This document shows positions 12,362 through 23,547 of a stretch of DNA of 64,000 nucleotides, piece by piece. The notes beneath the pieces are model-generated. The model was not told the DNA's origin and did no database searches. It saw only the letters and a program-made list of their open reading frames with translations. The DNA lies in contig RHPI01001202.1 in the NCBI GenBank assembly GCA_009103225.1, positions 367,206 through 431,205 on the forward strand. The letters are read 5' to 3'. Position 1 is the first letter of the stretch; every line of letters begins with the position of its first letter. This DNA is from Chlorokybus atmophyticus. Lineage: Eukaryota > Plantae > Mesostigma and Chlorokybus algae. The translations under genes were made by a program, and so were the position numbers.

Positions 12362-14044
12362 CAAAACCATCCAAAAATTACGGTTGCATAACGAAATACA
12401 TGTACATATTTCATGCATGTCGTAGTCCATCTACAGCGATATACTAATGTTGCCGTATAATTGGACATCGCACCATATACAACTTGTGATAAACCTGCAT
12501 ATAATGATGTGTTCAATTATGTATACGTGTGTAGCTCGATGCGAGCTTATCACAATCTGCATGAAGTTATACGCTTGATTTACATATTGTATGCAACTTC
12601 GGACGAACTTGAAAAGAATAATAACAATAACGTGCAATGCTTCATATAATAGATGTAACTCGCATACATCTCAACACAGTAGATGACAATACCATGTATA
12701 ACAGTTACTTGTAATCATATGTAGATTGCACAGCGAATTCTATTAAAACTCGTGTGATCTAATGAATAACTTACTTTTATGATGATTAGCATTTGAGTGT
12801 TAGAACATATTAGCACTAAAGTTCAATTTGTGACATATAACGTGCAAAATTGTAATCAGTTTTAATTGATTCTGATCATTGTTATAATACATGTATAACA
12901 TACTCTGTGCTTACAAGCGGTAACACATGTATGATAAGTGTGTTAATAAATTAAAATGTTGCATGTCTTTAAATACGTCAATAGTTAATTCTACTAAAAA
13001 GTATTTGCGACACATATGCATGTTGTGACATCTTGTTCATAATTTGTTGAGCCCGTAAAGAACGTAAAGAATGCATGATATCACATTACATGTGTACGCT
13101 AAAATCATATGTGGACGCATTTCAAGTACAAGTAGTACCCATAATTTCATGTGATAATGTACATATTTAGCTGGCCCACATGCGTGTGCATATATAACAG
13201 CTCCATTACATGGCTCAAAGCGCAGTCATCAATGCATAATACCAACCATACATATATCCCACACAACTATGCGGCCGCGGCAAGCATGGCGTTCTCTATC
13301 GTTGTCGACGTCGACGTCGGCACATGGCCCCAACCCGGCACCGCACTCCACAACGGCCAGCCCTTGCGCACGTTGGTGCGCGCACGCCAATCGCTGTCGC
13401 TAAATTGCCAAAAAACTCGGCAAGCGTCGGCGCGGCAGGGCCTGCATGTCGATCGCGCGTCGCATGCAACGGTCGATGACGTCGTGGAATGCCTGTCCCA
13501 TCGTCGCAGATTTTACACAGTGACAAACCAGGGATTGAGGGACTGACGGGTGCCTGAGCCTGATTGCCGTTACCTGAAACGAAACTTTTAAATTGTTGGG
13601 TTTGCCGTTGGCTTATGTGAACTGACGCAGACGGCCGCGGGCCGAAAGTGGTTGTCAGTGGCACAAGAGTTGTCAACCAATTACCCTTTGGTCGATGGGA
13701 TAAACGGCCGTTAACCGGTAGACAGTTAGTCAAGGACAGCTGACAGCAACAGCCGGCAGTTTTCTTGCGTTACACTGCTGTTAATATATTAACCCTTACC
13801 GTTTGACAAAAGTTGATAATTCTTGCTGTAAGCTAACACAAACATGCCATGCAGCTTGTACAAACCTTGGTCTGATTGTTTGGTCTTGTGACCATTAACC
13901 CACAATATATACAACCGTGACGTACCAACACTGGTAAGAGCATGTCTACTTGCAACTAAGTAGCCGACTTGCGCATGAAAGTACCTACAACATTAAGTGT
14001 AGCTGTCGCACTCATGCACAGCTTGTCAACACGTGGAGCCTGCC

Positions 14045-14394
14045 TCAGAACTCCTCCTCAACCCCCTCCCCCTGCTCCTCCTTCGACAAGTCTTCTGCTT
14101 CAACATCGGAGTCATCTTCATTTGCTTCCTCGCTCGCTGACAATACAGCGGCTACTTTGCCCTTCAACTTGAATGTCAGCACCTCGCCGTGCACGCGCAT
14201 GCGCTTAATGGTCGCTTTGAGAGTGACCACCTGCATTTGGTAATGCAATAAGAGTTTCGTACTGCCAGAGGACTAGCCCATCAACATACACATGCTTACC
14301 TTGTCTTCCGCTCTGTCGCACTTCGCCAGGCAGAAAGTCAGCCTGCCGCGCTGCTTTTGGTCCTCTCTGACCAACATGGCAATATGCAAGCATA
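14045..14394 (-). CDS. Spliced 3' gene fragment with an acidic C-terminal tail, unknown family (possibly a transposon accessory gene)
   Basis: Exon 14394-14300, a 69-nt GTAAGC...CAG intron (14299-14231) and exon 14230-14045 give the open frame CLHIAMLVREDQKQRGRLTFCLAKCDRAEDK|VVTLKATIKRMRVHGEVLTFKLKGKVAAVLSASEEANEDDSDVEAEDLSKEEQGEGVEEEF*. Upstream exons not found. Confidence 0.45.
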
Positions 14395-16164
14395 CTGCTT
14401 AATTGCCGCTTGAAACATTAAAGTAAGTCATGGATTACCCGTTCGTGGTACTCCGCAGCTTCTATTTTGCAACTTGTGAGCTCCCGCAAGTAGAAATAGG
14501 CTGTGCATTTGCGAGATTGGTCATGCTGTTCATGTGCATGACACTGGAGGCTGTGCATGAGGGTGTGCATGTGGTATTAACAGTGTATGTCATGTGCAAG
14601 ATTCTTGAGGCTGTGCATGTGCCAGATAAAAGAACCCCAGCATGTGGCATTGATAGTGCATCGTAACCCACCTTGGTTAAGCCAGTCTTGTTTGGTCCCT
14701 TTAATCATGTCCCCGTGGTTGCGGCTGCAGGTGGTCGGATGTTCGTAGAGGCAGTATTGTGGTGTGGCTTTGCCCACTCGGAGGGGGAGCCTGCAATATA
14801 TCGCCCGAGTCCGACTCGGGGTGAGTCACGGTTATCATTGGCTGTGTCCTTGGTAGGCATGGTGGGGTTTGACACCAAGGACACCCCACCGGCACCTTGC
14901 CTGCCCTGTGCGAACATGGGCTTCATCCCGGACCTTGACCACAACGCCCATTACGCCCCTGGCAGCGCCGCAAACGATCCACCAAACGCCACATACCCTC
15001 GGCATGTGACGCTGCTCGTGCCTTGTCACCTGTGAGTTGGTCCAATCAACAACCCTCTCACTAAGACACGGTATTCACACCGGAACCTTGCCCCCTCTGC
15101 CAAGCACACACGCGCGCCCCGCCACTCGCGTACGCACGCATGCGCTCAAAGCTACACACCGGCTTGTGTAGCGCCTTGGATCGTCACACAAGCAAGCACA
15201 CACTGGTGAGCACACGCTAGCAACCCCCGCTAACCACCACCAAGCTTGCACACCAGAAGCTGGGGAGCTGAAGGTTGTATTGCAAATTGTAGAATGTCAT
15301 TTTTATACCTACCAGTCTGCACATGCTACTGTCTAGACGTTTCTAGCGCTAGACGGAACTAGAAGCTAAGATATTCTTGTATAATCTTGTAGTACACTTC
15401 TAGACCTTTCCAACGCATCAAAGATCTCCTCATTTGCTGCTCATATGGTCAAGTTATACTACTTGGCGCCAGGCACTTCCAGAAATCTGGTCGAGCCCTT
15501 CTCGACTGGCCCTCCGTTTTCTGGCGTCTTCCAGACTGCGCTGGGCCGGTCGATATCTGCGGCAGACTCGCAACTCGCCGATATCCGCCACAAGTCATGA
15601 AAAACATGATACCACACACAAATAAGGCCTAAAATGGCCATGAGAATCACGAAGTTTGGCCTTGACTGTAGCACGGCATCACCGCCCAGTAAGAGCATAG
15701 CTTGGCGGAGCCATTAATGGTGTTTTCATGCGCAGGGACGGGCATTGCCAGCACTTGTCAATAGTACGAACTGCCATTGCCACTGTACAAAGGTATGATT
15801 AAAATGGAACTTTTTGACAAAGGCATCTTCGTACCATTGAAACGGTTCAATCAGGATAGTCATGCAAACTCACCCCACCCTGGACGTGCAATGGCTCGAT
15901 CGTACCATAGTAATGGTACGACGGAGCTGTCACGCCAGTCAATGGCGGCCAAGTTTTCTACCTCTGGCATGCAAGGGTAGCGGCGGCGGTGGCGGCTGTG
16001 CGTGTTGCTGAATATGACGATGCAGGTTTCATTGGTGACACCTGTGTCGACGTCAGCAGTGAGCTATGGAAGTCATTGTCCGAATTGCCACATGCGCTTC
16101 AGCACACGCAGCTCGAGCTACATGCACGTTGTTAGCAGCAGGGTGTGCAAGCAAATGAAGCTGT

Positions 16165-19125
16165 ATGTCAGCCAGCGTCCATTGCAGTATCATGCGGATC
16201 ATGTTGAACCGGAGAGTTCGATCCAGGATGCGCACATGCTTGATGCTGAAGGACCCCTTCAGGAGACACGCACAGCAGCAACAAGAGAAGAAGGAAGTGA
16301 ACGAGGGCTTGTGTGTGCGTGTGCCTAAAACACCTGTGGCACGCCAACATGGAAGTGGAGGAGTCCCTTTGTACGCGTTGGAATCTAGGTGGTATGGCTT
16401 GGAGCATGCTTTTGCGATGGCATTTGTGTAATGCAACAACGGCCAAGGCCTATCGGCCTCCGACATGGGGCGGATTATCAAATGCATGCGAAATGCACAC
16501 TTCTTAACGAAAGAGCTCCGGTGGGAGACCGGTGTGCATGTGGCCAGCTACCTCCGGACCACCATTGCTTTCTCTCCGTTTGAGGTGTGTTCACGGTGTG
16601 CGGTGCATGTGCTTCAACCATCAGAGCCATGTCACATGTGCACATGCGAGTGTGCTGTCGTATCAGAACTACGTGACGGCTAACCTGCGCAAGCCTAGAG
16701 ACCCTGAGGATCAGGACATCAGGGTCACATATATGCCGGCCAAGGTCTGTGAAATCCAGTATCTAATATGAGGTCAGAATGGCTGTTAATGCTCTTGGTC
16801 AGAGCAGGCATGGCTCGCGCGATCGTATGGCAATCCACATGCCGCTAATGGCTCCAATTTTCAGAACAGTGGTGACGAGCACAGCTTTGGCCATCCTTTC
16901 ACGGGCGATTGGTGGAAGGATGTTTAGGTGGATTTCAGGAGAGAGGTGGGGGAAGCGTCCTACTTGGCGCATGCCATTTTGTACAGTGACAAGATAGCGT
17001 TGGACAGCGCAGGCAAGCACTCTCGCTACCCTCTGACGGCATCGCTTGCCAACTACAGTTGGGACATGTATGCTAGCAACATGGGGGTTGTTATAATAGC
17101 ACTTCTGCCGGTGGTTCACGTATTGGCCGGGCATCCCACCTGAGCGCAGGGCAAGAAGTCGATCCCAATTTGAAAACCTGAGATTTTTTATGACGCTTTG
17201 AATGTATTGTCAGGGGATGTGAAGCGGGCGAGCTGGGAAGGTCAGCAGCTCATCAACCCGAACGACATTGAGCGTCGTGTGTTTCCCGCGCTTGCTAACT
17301 ACATCAGCGACTTGCAGGTAGTGGGCATGCATGGTTGCGGCCTGCCGGCAAACAGTGGAGGATGTTGTTAATGGAGCATCTGAGTTTGTCGTGTTGCATG
17401 AGGCTGCCACACTCGCACGCACTGTGTCGGGTAATCAAACACGACATCTTTGCAATGTTTCTCTTGTCACTAAATCAAATATGTTGAAAATGGATGAGGA
17501 CGCGGAATTGAGAAGCAAGGCTTTCTACACACAGGCAATACAACAACTGCCGGTGGACCCGCATAGCAGTGTTGAGAATGCACACCAGACAGCCAAAGCT
17601 TTCAAAAAGCAGCACTCCATACATGTCAAGGAGGTAATGGTCAAACCGGCATTCATCAAGATGAATGGCTTTCTGTGTAACCAGGCAATGTTGTTTGGCA
17701 ACAGAATGCACAGTGGTGTTGGCGACAGTCGCGGGTGCCGGGAGCTGACTGCTACTCGCCTTGCCCCTGACGCCATACATGTGCTGGGAGACATCGTTAA
17801 CCACCTACTTAGTGCTGTTTACAACGCTGTGAAGGAACGCGTGCGTCCATCCACGAGATAGATTCTGCAGGTTAAGCACGTCTTTGGTGTTGACTTTGTG
17901 TTAAACTCAAAAGCCAACGACAGGTGCTTACAAGCAGATGTGCACATGCTGAATGCATGCAAGGCAACTCTACGGGTTTCGCACTTCAAGGCACCCACAA
18001 GCACAGTAGTTTTCGTCCTGTCCGACCACTCTTTTTAGGTGGTGGAGAAAGTGGCGGTGCTGCAGCTGCTGCCGGTCCTTGCAGACGTTTTGCTGCTCGA
18101 CGGTGAGAGCAACGATTTCTTCACCACTGCTGCCGCATCGCTTGCCCAACGGAACAAGAATTTGCTGAAGGCACATGAACACACAAAAGAGACTTTGACC
18201 ACAAACGACAACGAGCTGGAAGCCTTTTTAAATTAGCAGTGTTGCATCCACTTCTGTCGTCATATTCTGCATAGAAGTCCGGTTGGAAGATCGAGAAGAT
18301 GCATCAGCTCACTCTTTGGGTTGGCAGTGGACACTCAAATTGGTTCAGCGCCAACCGCATGGAGCAGACGCACGCCCAAAATATTAAACAATGGGCGCGT
18401 GGTGGCAACAACCGGGACTACTAGGCGGGCATCCTAAAGGCATAGAGCTGTGCGGAATATGTAAGAGAGGATGGCATGGTTGTGAATCCCGAGATGCGCT
18501 CGGTCACGGCGCAGGCGCGGCAGCAGTGCTGTAATGTAATGGAGAAGACGGACAAGTTGCTATGGATGGACGTGTACGGGAGCGGTTCTGCGCGTAGCCG
18601 CTAAGTCGCCCAAAAGACTCCATTTGCCGTCAAGCTGCCTGCCACCCTGGACAGCTGGTTGAGGAGGGAACAACTGGAGTTGGCCGACGGGTGGCGTGCT
18701 GTTTGCGTGGTGAACGGAGGCGCAGCGGTGTACATGACATCAGGAATCAACATGGCGCGTGCGACTGGGCTGTTTCATGGGCGGCCTTGGTTCTCTACAC
18801 TTGAGTTGGAAGGTAATAAGGACGGTGTGAACGTGACGTGGTGGGCTCAGGCACTCTTTTTTCTGCGCGTGGTGGTGTGGGGTGGTAGCGGCGAGCGCGT
18901 GTGGAAAGAGGTCGTGTTTGTCCGCTGGTACACGAAGCTGGATATGACGAGCGACACAAAGTGCATTGCTCTAGAATGGGAAAAGCGTCGAGGGGTCCAC
19001 ATCTCGATATCGTAACTCCGGAGCAAGTAAAAGGCATTGTCCAGCTGCTCCCCATGTTTGACAAGGACAGCGCCCGTGTACAAGAGGGCAAGTATTGGAT
19101 GAATGTTCACTACACTGCCACGTGA
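16165..19125 (+). mobile_element. Decayed Plavaka-type DNA transposase (multiple stops and frameshifts)
   Basis: Collinear motifs match the Plavaka pattern from recall: AILYSDKIALDSAGKHSRYPLTASLAN (about 16970-17050), ASWEGQQLINPNDIERRVFPALANYISD (about 17230-17310), PDAIHVLG (about 17765), WKIEKMH...WFSANRMEQTH (about 18285-18375), GRPWFSTL...VFVRWY and IVQLLPMF...YWMN. Element termini not identified. Confidence 0.8.
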
Positions 19126-19336
19126 CACATGTACTTGTCTTACTACTCTGCATTTGGAGCATATTAGTCAGTTAGGCATTGCTAATCGTATGCTAAGACT
19201 TTTGCATGTGGACGTGTACAATACCGGGCAGCTGTCATTGCACAATTGTCACCACAATCGAATGCAACATTCAACAATCACTTCGCCATGTGGCATTAAG
19301 CATCAATACAGTGCACTACACTCAAGCCTCATAGTT

Positions 19337-20070
19337 CTATGATACAAGAGGGTAGTCACAGCGCATATCCATTGTTTCAAGCATGAGACGCCGTATGCAC
19401 TCCGCCATTGCGGGAGGAACTGCATTCGCTATGGTAACGGCCGAGGGCATCCATGGCACTCCCAGCGCTGTTTGCCATGCAGCAATGCTGCCCCTGGTGC
19501 TTGGAAGGCCATAGAACGGGTACATTTGCTGTGGCGCATTTGATGTCACGATTGTGTTCTTCGCGCTAGCGGACAGATGCGGCAATAGCAGTCCATCCAC
19601 CTTGCCCGCCTGCGAGCAGCGTGTTGGGGAGTTGGGGTAGCTACCACTGGCTGTATCTCATACAGACGGTGTCGGAAAGTTGGTAGGCCGAACATCGTGC
19701 CACAAAGGGACAGAGTGGGTCCGAATGAGGAAGCTGCTCCTAACACATTCTGAATCACAAACTTGACCTGAATTGCAAGCAGCAAATGTCCGACAAGCGG
19801 TATCATATCTTAGTGTCTCCAGGATGTGCCATGTGCCGCTCATTGAGGTGCCGGCATAGCACCTGAATAGGCCTGGCATGGTGGACTGGCCCATACGAGC
19901 TCGTAATTGCTCAGCTCTCCTGCACTCAGGGTGCATACATCGAGGTGTATGAAGGGCAGCGGGTACTCAGAGGAGGGACTTATGTCCATCCTGGTCGCGT
20001 CAATGCCTGCGTGATATAGACCGACACAAGCACCGCCACCGCCGCAAAATAAGTCAAGTGCCCTTGGTCT
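19337..20070 (-). pseudogene. Compact phage/bacterial-type C5 cytosine DNA methyltransferase, disrupted
   Basis: Motif I RALDLFCGGGG, motif IV WASPPCQAYS, motif VI as FVIQNVLGA (ENV>QNV), LCGTMFGLPTFRHRLYE (motif VIII RxR) and C-terminal ALGVPWM...IANAVPP (motif X). In-frame TGA (19842-19840) and TAA (19812-19810), plus one frameshift near 19600. Confidence 0.88.
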
Positions 20071-20149
20071 ACGTGTGCGTCCAAGCTTGTTGTCAAATGG
20101 CGCGTATGTGGTCAAGGCTGGCCGTGGTGCTAGCCAGGGATTAACAATG

Positions 20150-20363
20150 ATGCCGTCCAGGCTTATGCCGCACACACAATGCGTGACCGCCCTCAGCATC
20201 GGGTGCGGCAGTGCCAGGTGCGTGGGCATTGCAGCGCGAAATGTCTGCCGACATCCGTAACACCGGTGGAACCGGCAGCGCCGACAACCACGCTTTCGCG
20301 CTGACCCCCACCACTGATTGGCGCTGCGCCAGGTTGGCGGACGTGGCGCCCATTGCAAATGCG

Positions 20364-20395
<32 letters not shown>

Positions 20396-21865
20396 NNNNN
20401 NNNNNNNNNNNNNNNNNNNNNNNNNNNNNNNNNNNNNNNNNNNNNNNNNNNNNNNCCCCCCCCCCCCCCCCCCCCACACACATCGACCGCCGCGCTAAGA
20501 TCCTTTTGTAACTTTCGTGCTTTCGTGCGTGCCAAGGCCGATAGGGCCAGCAATAGGTGGCGCGCCATCCGTGGCAAAACGTCCATGGCCGCTACAAACT
20601 CATATTGGAAGGCAAGTGACCGTCGGCGACGTCCGCAATGGCCGACACGACGAGAGGGTCGATGGGCGCCGTGAAACGTCGGCGCAAGTGCGATGTGCGA
20701 TGTGAGCGCCCCCCATCCACCGACGTACGCCGCCGATGCGTGCACGTGGACGCTCCGCAGCCCTAAATCGCCCACCGATATCGGCAGCCGTACGTGTGTC
20801 GCCACACGAGCGGCCGCCACCGCATCACATCCGCCCTACGCCAGAGCTCGATTGATTGCTTGGAAGGCCGTGCTCAGCATGTCGTTGTAAGGGCGGCGAG
20901 AAAGGGGTCCGTTGGAGGTACAGTACGTGTCAAGTACCCCGGGCGCGCCGCCACACACTTGGTCTACGATTGCACAGCCACCTGGGCGTCCGGCAATGAT
21001 TGCAAAACGGGCAAAACGTCGGTGTAGCACCGCAAAGCATCGGCGCAGTGATTGTCGACAAACGCGGCCGCCCCCATCGGCACCCCCAACGCCACCAAAC
21101 CGTCGGCGCAACGGTGCGTCATCCGCGCTGTACACCGCCGACTTGTGCAGCGCTACGTGTAGGCCGACCGCCTTCATTTTGTCGCTGTGCGCGCATGACG
21201 CCGCCGACACCTCCCCCGGTAGGCTGGGCCCACAATAGCGGTATCGTCGGTGTACGCTACCGCTTGGGCATGACGTGCGCTACGACACGTGTGTGCACGA
21301 GAGAGAGAGAGAGAGAGAGAGGGCGTACAACAACTTCGTTAAAGGGTCCCCCCGGCGTGTCCCTCTGGCCGAGACAATGGGCACGTCGTCCCTCATATAC
21401 CATTGCGCCGACGCCGTACCGTACTAAAGCGGTACGAACGGTATATATGCCGCCAAAGGGGATTGCCGCAGCTCCTCAAAATTTGCCAACCACTCCACGG
21501 TGTTAAATGCGTTGGCAATGTCAAGCCTCATAATAATGTGATCGTGCGCTTCCGTCACATCCTCAAGTCGCACGCCACTATCTTCGCCCCAGAACGCGTG
21601 GCCACCCCGTACTGCTACGGTTTGAAAAAATTGGCAAGTGTGTGCGGTCTTGTGCCAACATGGTCCTCCCCACCAAATGCTGTAGGACGTCCCCCACAGC
21701 GATGGGACGCGCGCCCGTCGACGTGGCCTCCTTGCGAAGCGCGGACAGCGTTGACGTCACCATTGCTGCTACCGCCACCCCTGGTACGGTACCTGCTGTC
21801 ATGGCCGTACAAATGCGCGCCATCAACGGCCACGAGCATGTGTGCATACGCGCATTGCATTCCAC
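20150..21865 (-). mobile_element. Decayed non-LTR retrotransposon reverse transcriptase, CRE-like (restriction-like endonuclease clade)
   Basis: Ordered motifs: LSALRK...RPIAVGDV (21709), FKP*QYGVATRSGA, LDIANAFNTV (21522), IPFV..YG, SARGTRRGDPLTKLLYA (about 21350), VAYTDDTAIVG (about 21260-21228), GLHVALHKS, LPISVGDLGLR, AWLSALP and CVCGISLDG. Interrupted by stops, a (GA)n run and a poly-C tract with an N gap. Confidence 0.85.
20364..20475. repeat. Poly-C/poly-G tract spanning an assembly gap (N 20396-20455)
   Basis: 32 C, 60 N, then 20 C, inside the RT frame. Confidence 0.9.
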
Positions 21866-23233
21866 TCCCTTGCCATCTTGTATGATGCGTAGATACGATA
21901 ATGCAATATTTTGTTTTTCAAGTTTAGCACTGTATGATGCGCATTTATGATATGCATTTACTGCTTATGGATGCGTAGTTCGTACAAGCAATACTCAAAC
22001 TTACAAGCTGTAATGAACATAATGTGAATATAAGGTAATGCAACAAATTGCATAACTTTGTAATTGCAGTAGTTAATAATCCGTTAATATGAGTTTTATA
22101 CATACTTGCGGTTGATACGGTGTACGTAGTGCGTTTATGTTGAAATGTTTTCGACTATACGTTGTGTATGTGATATGTATCATTGTTTCTAGGTGTTAGC
22201 GCTTTACTTGTTTATGTATGAAGACCACGCTTGACGTAAATGCTAAAACTACTTATGGCACGGAATAAATAGTAATCGATGCATCAGGCATGAGTTATTA
22301 ATATTGGTTGTATACGATTCAGCTTCACGAGTTTCATAATATACACCGCAATATGGCAGCATTAAATAATACCGTACCATGTAACACGACATACATGCAA
22401 ATAGTGATTAAATCAGCATTCGCATGTAGCCAATATTTGCGCAGCAGCTCGATCATATGGTGAATAAGTAATGATGTTTTGGTTGTGTAATCTGCAATTG
22501 TGATTATTGCTATGAAAGTGTTCGGACTTTGTAGCTTATACACCAAAATTACACCCACAATGGCTAAACTACAGTTTTTTGCATGATTTGTCAGTCAGAA
22601 TGTGAAGTATTTACTGAGCCCATTGGGTGCCACCAATGGTTGTGATGTCATGATCTTGCAACATTAATCATACTCATCACACCCGCAACGGGTGATTTAA
22701 CCTGTAGTATATGGTCATATATACCAGCCATAAGACTCCTTTTATCGTAGTAATTTTTGCTGCCATAGCACAATGGTTATAATGCCATGTTGCATAATAC
22801 ATTACATAAAAGTATTGAATATATGTAAGACACGCGATATATGGTGCATGATTACTACGATCATCGGGCTGCTCTTCGCCGCAAATCTTGCACTAAACCT
22901 TGTGAGTTACTTATGTTCTCGCTATGACGTATATGCATAGCTATTATTGAAAGTGTTGTATCATATGTACAAGCAGCATATAAATGCATAAAATTGGCGA
23001 CCTCGGCGACGGTTACGTGCAACGCACTTGATATTTCTTAATCGGTTTTATGTATTTATATAGATACAAGTTATGACGTGCACATGCATACGTGTATTGG
23101 TTCAGATCATTGCCATACTCTAGGCTAACGTCCCTGTCACAACATATACACTGACGCGAAAAATACCGTACCATACAACTGCACGAGTGAGTTGATGTCA
23201 AGGTAATACCGAGGCTGCGAGTCATGGCTACGG

Positions 23234-23309
23234 GTCCCTGTGAAGGGGAACATGATGTTCCCCTTCACGGGGACGTGTTGCGTGATGTTCGGAACATCAC
23301 GCAACACGT
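23234..23309. repeat. Two abutting palindromes, each with a 1-nt centre
   Basis: gtccctgtgaaggggaacat-g-atgttccccttcacggggac (20-bp arms, one C>T mismatch; 23234-23274) and acgtgttgcgtgatgttc-g-gaacatcacgcaacacgt (perfect 18-bp arms; 23273-23309). Confidence 0.95.
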
Positions 23310-23547
23310 GAGCTACCGCAGTGCTTTGTTTTGGGTGCAACACTGTTGCAGCAACAGTACTGGCACTTTATAGACGTGGCATGCGGAAGTGACAGCGCAG
23401 ATGCACGATACGGCCGCGCTTGGGTAGGCCTTTTCATTGGCCTAGGGCGGCACACTTCATGACAGGCAATCACGAGCACAGATTCCAATCATGAGCGAGT
23501 TAGGGTACAATATGCGAACGAAAGCGGATTGTGTGGTCTGCTTATCG

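Noticed and set aside
13270-13760. GC-rich patch with a TLAEFFG peptide and GACAG motif cluster, suggesting a hAT 5' end
   Set aside because: Only one short motif, with no TIR pair or transposase core found.
13789-13805. TTAA-CCCTT resembling a piggyBac left end
   Set aside because: No matching AGGG-TTAA right end or piggyBac transposase was found in the window.
23234-23330. Helitron 3' end or AAV-type T-shaped ITR as explanations for the palindromes
   Set aside because: No CTRR shortly after either hairpin, and the outer flanks do not form a convincing long stem.
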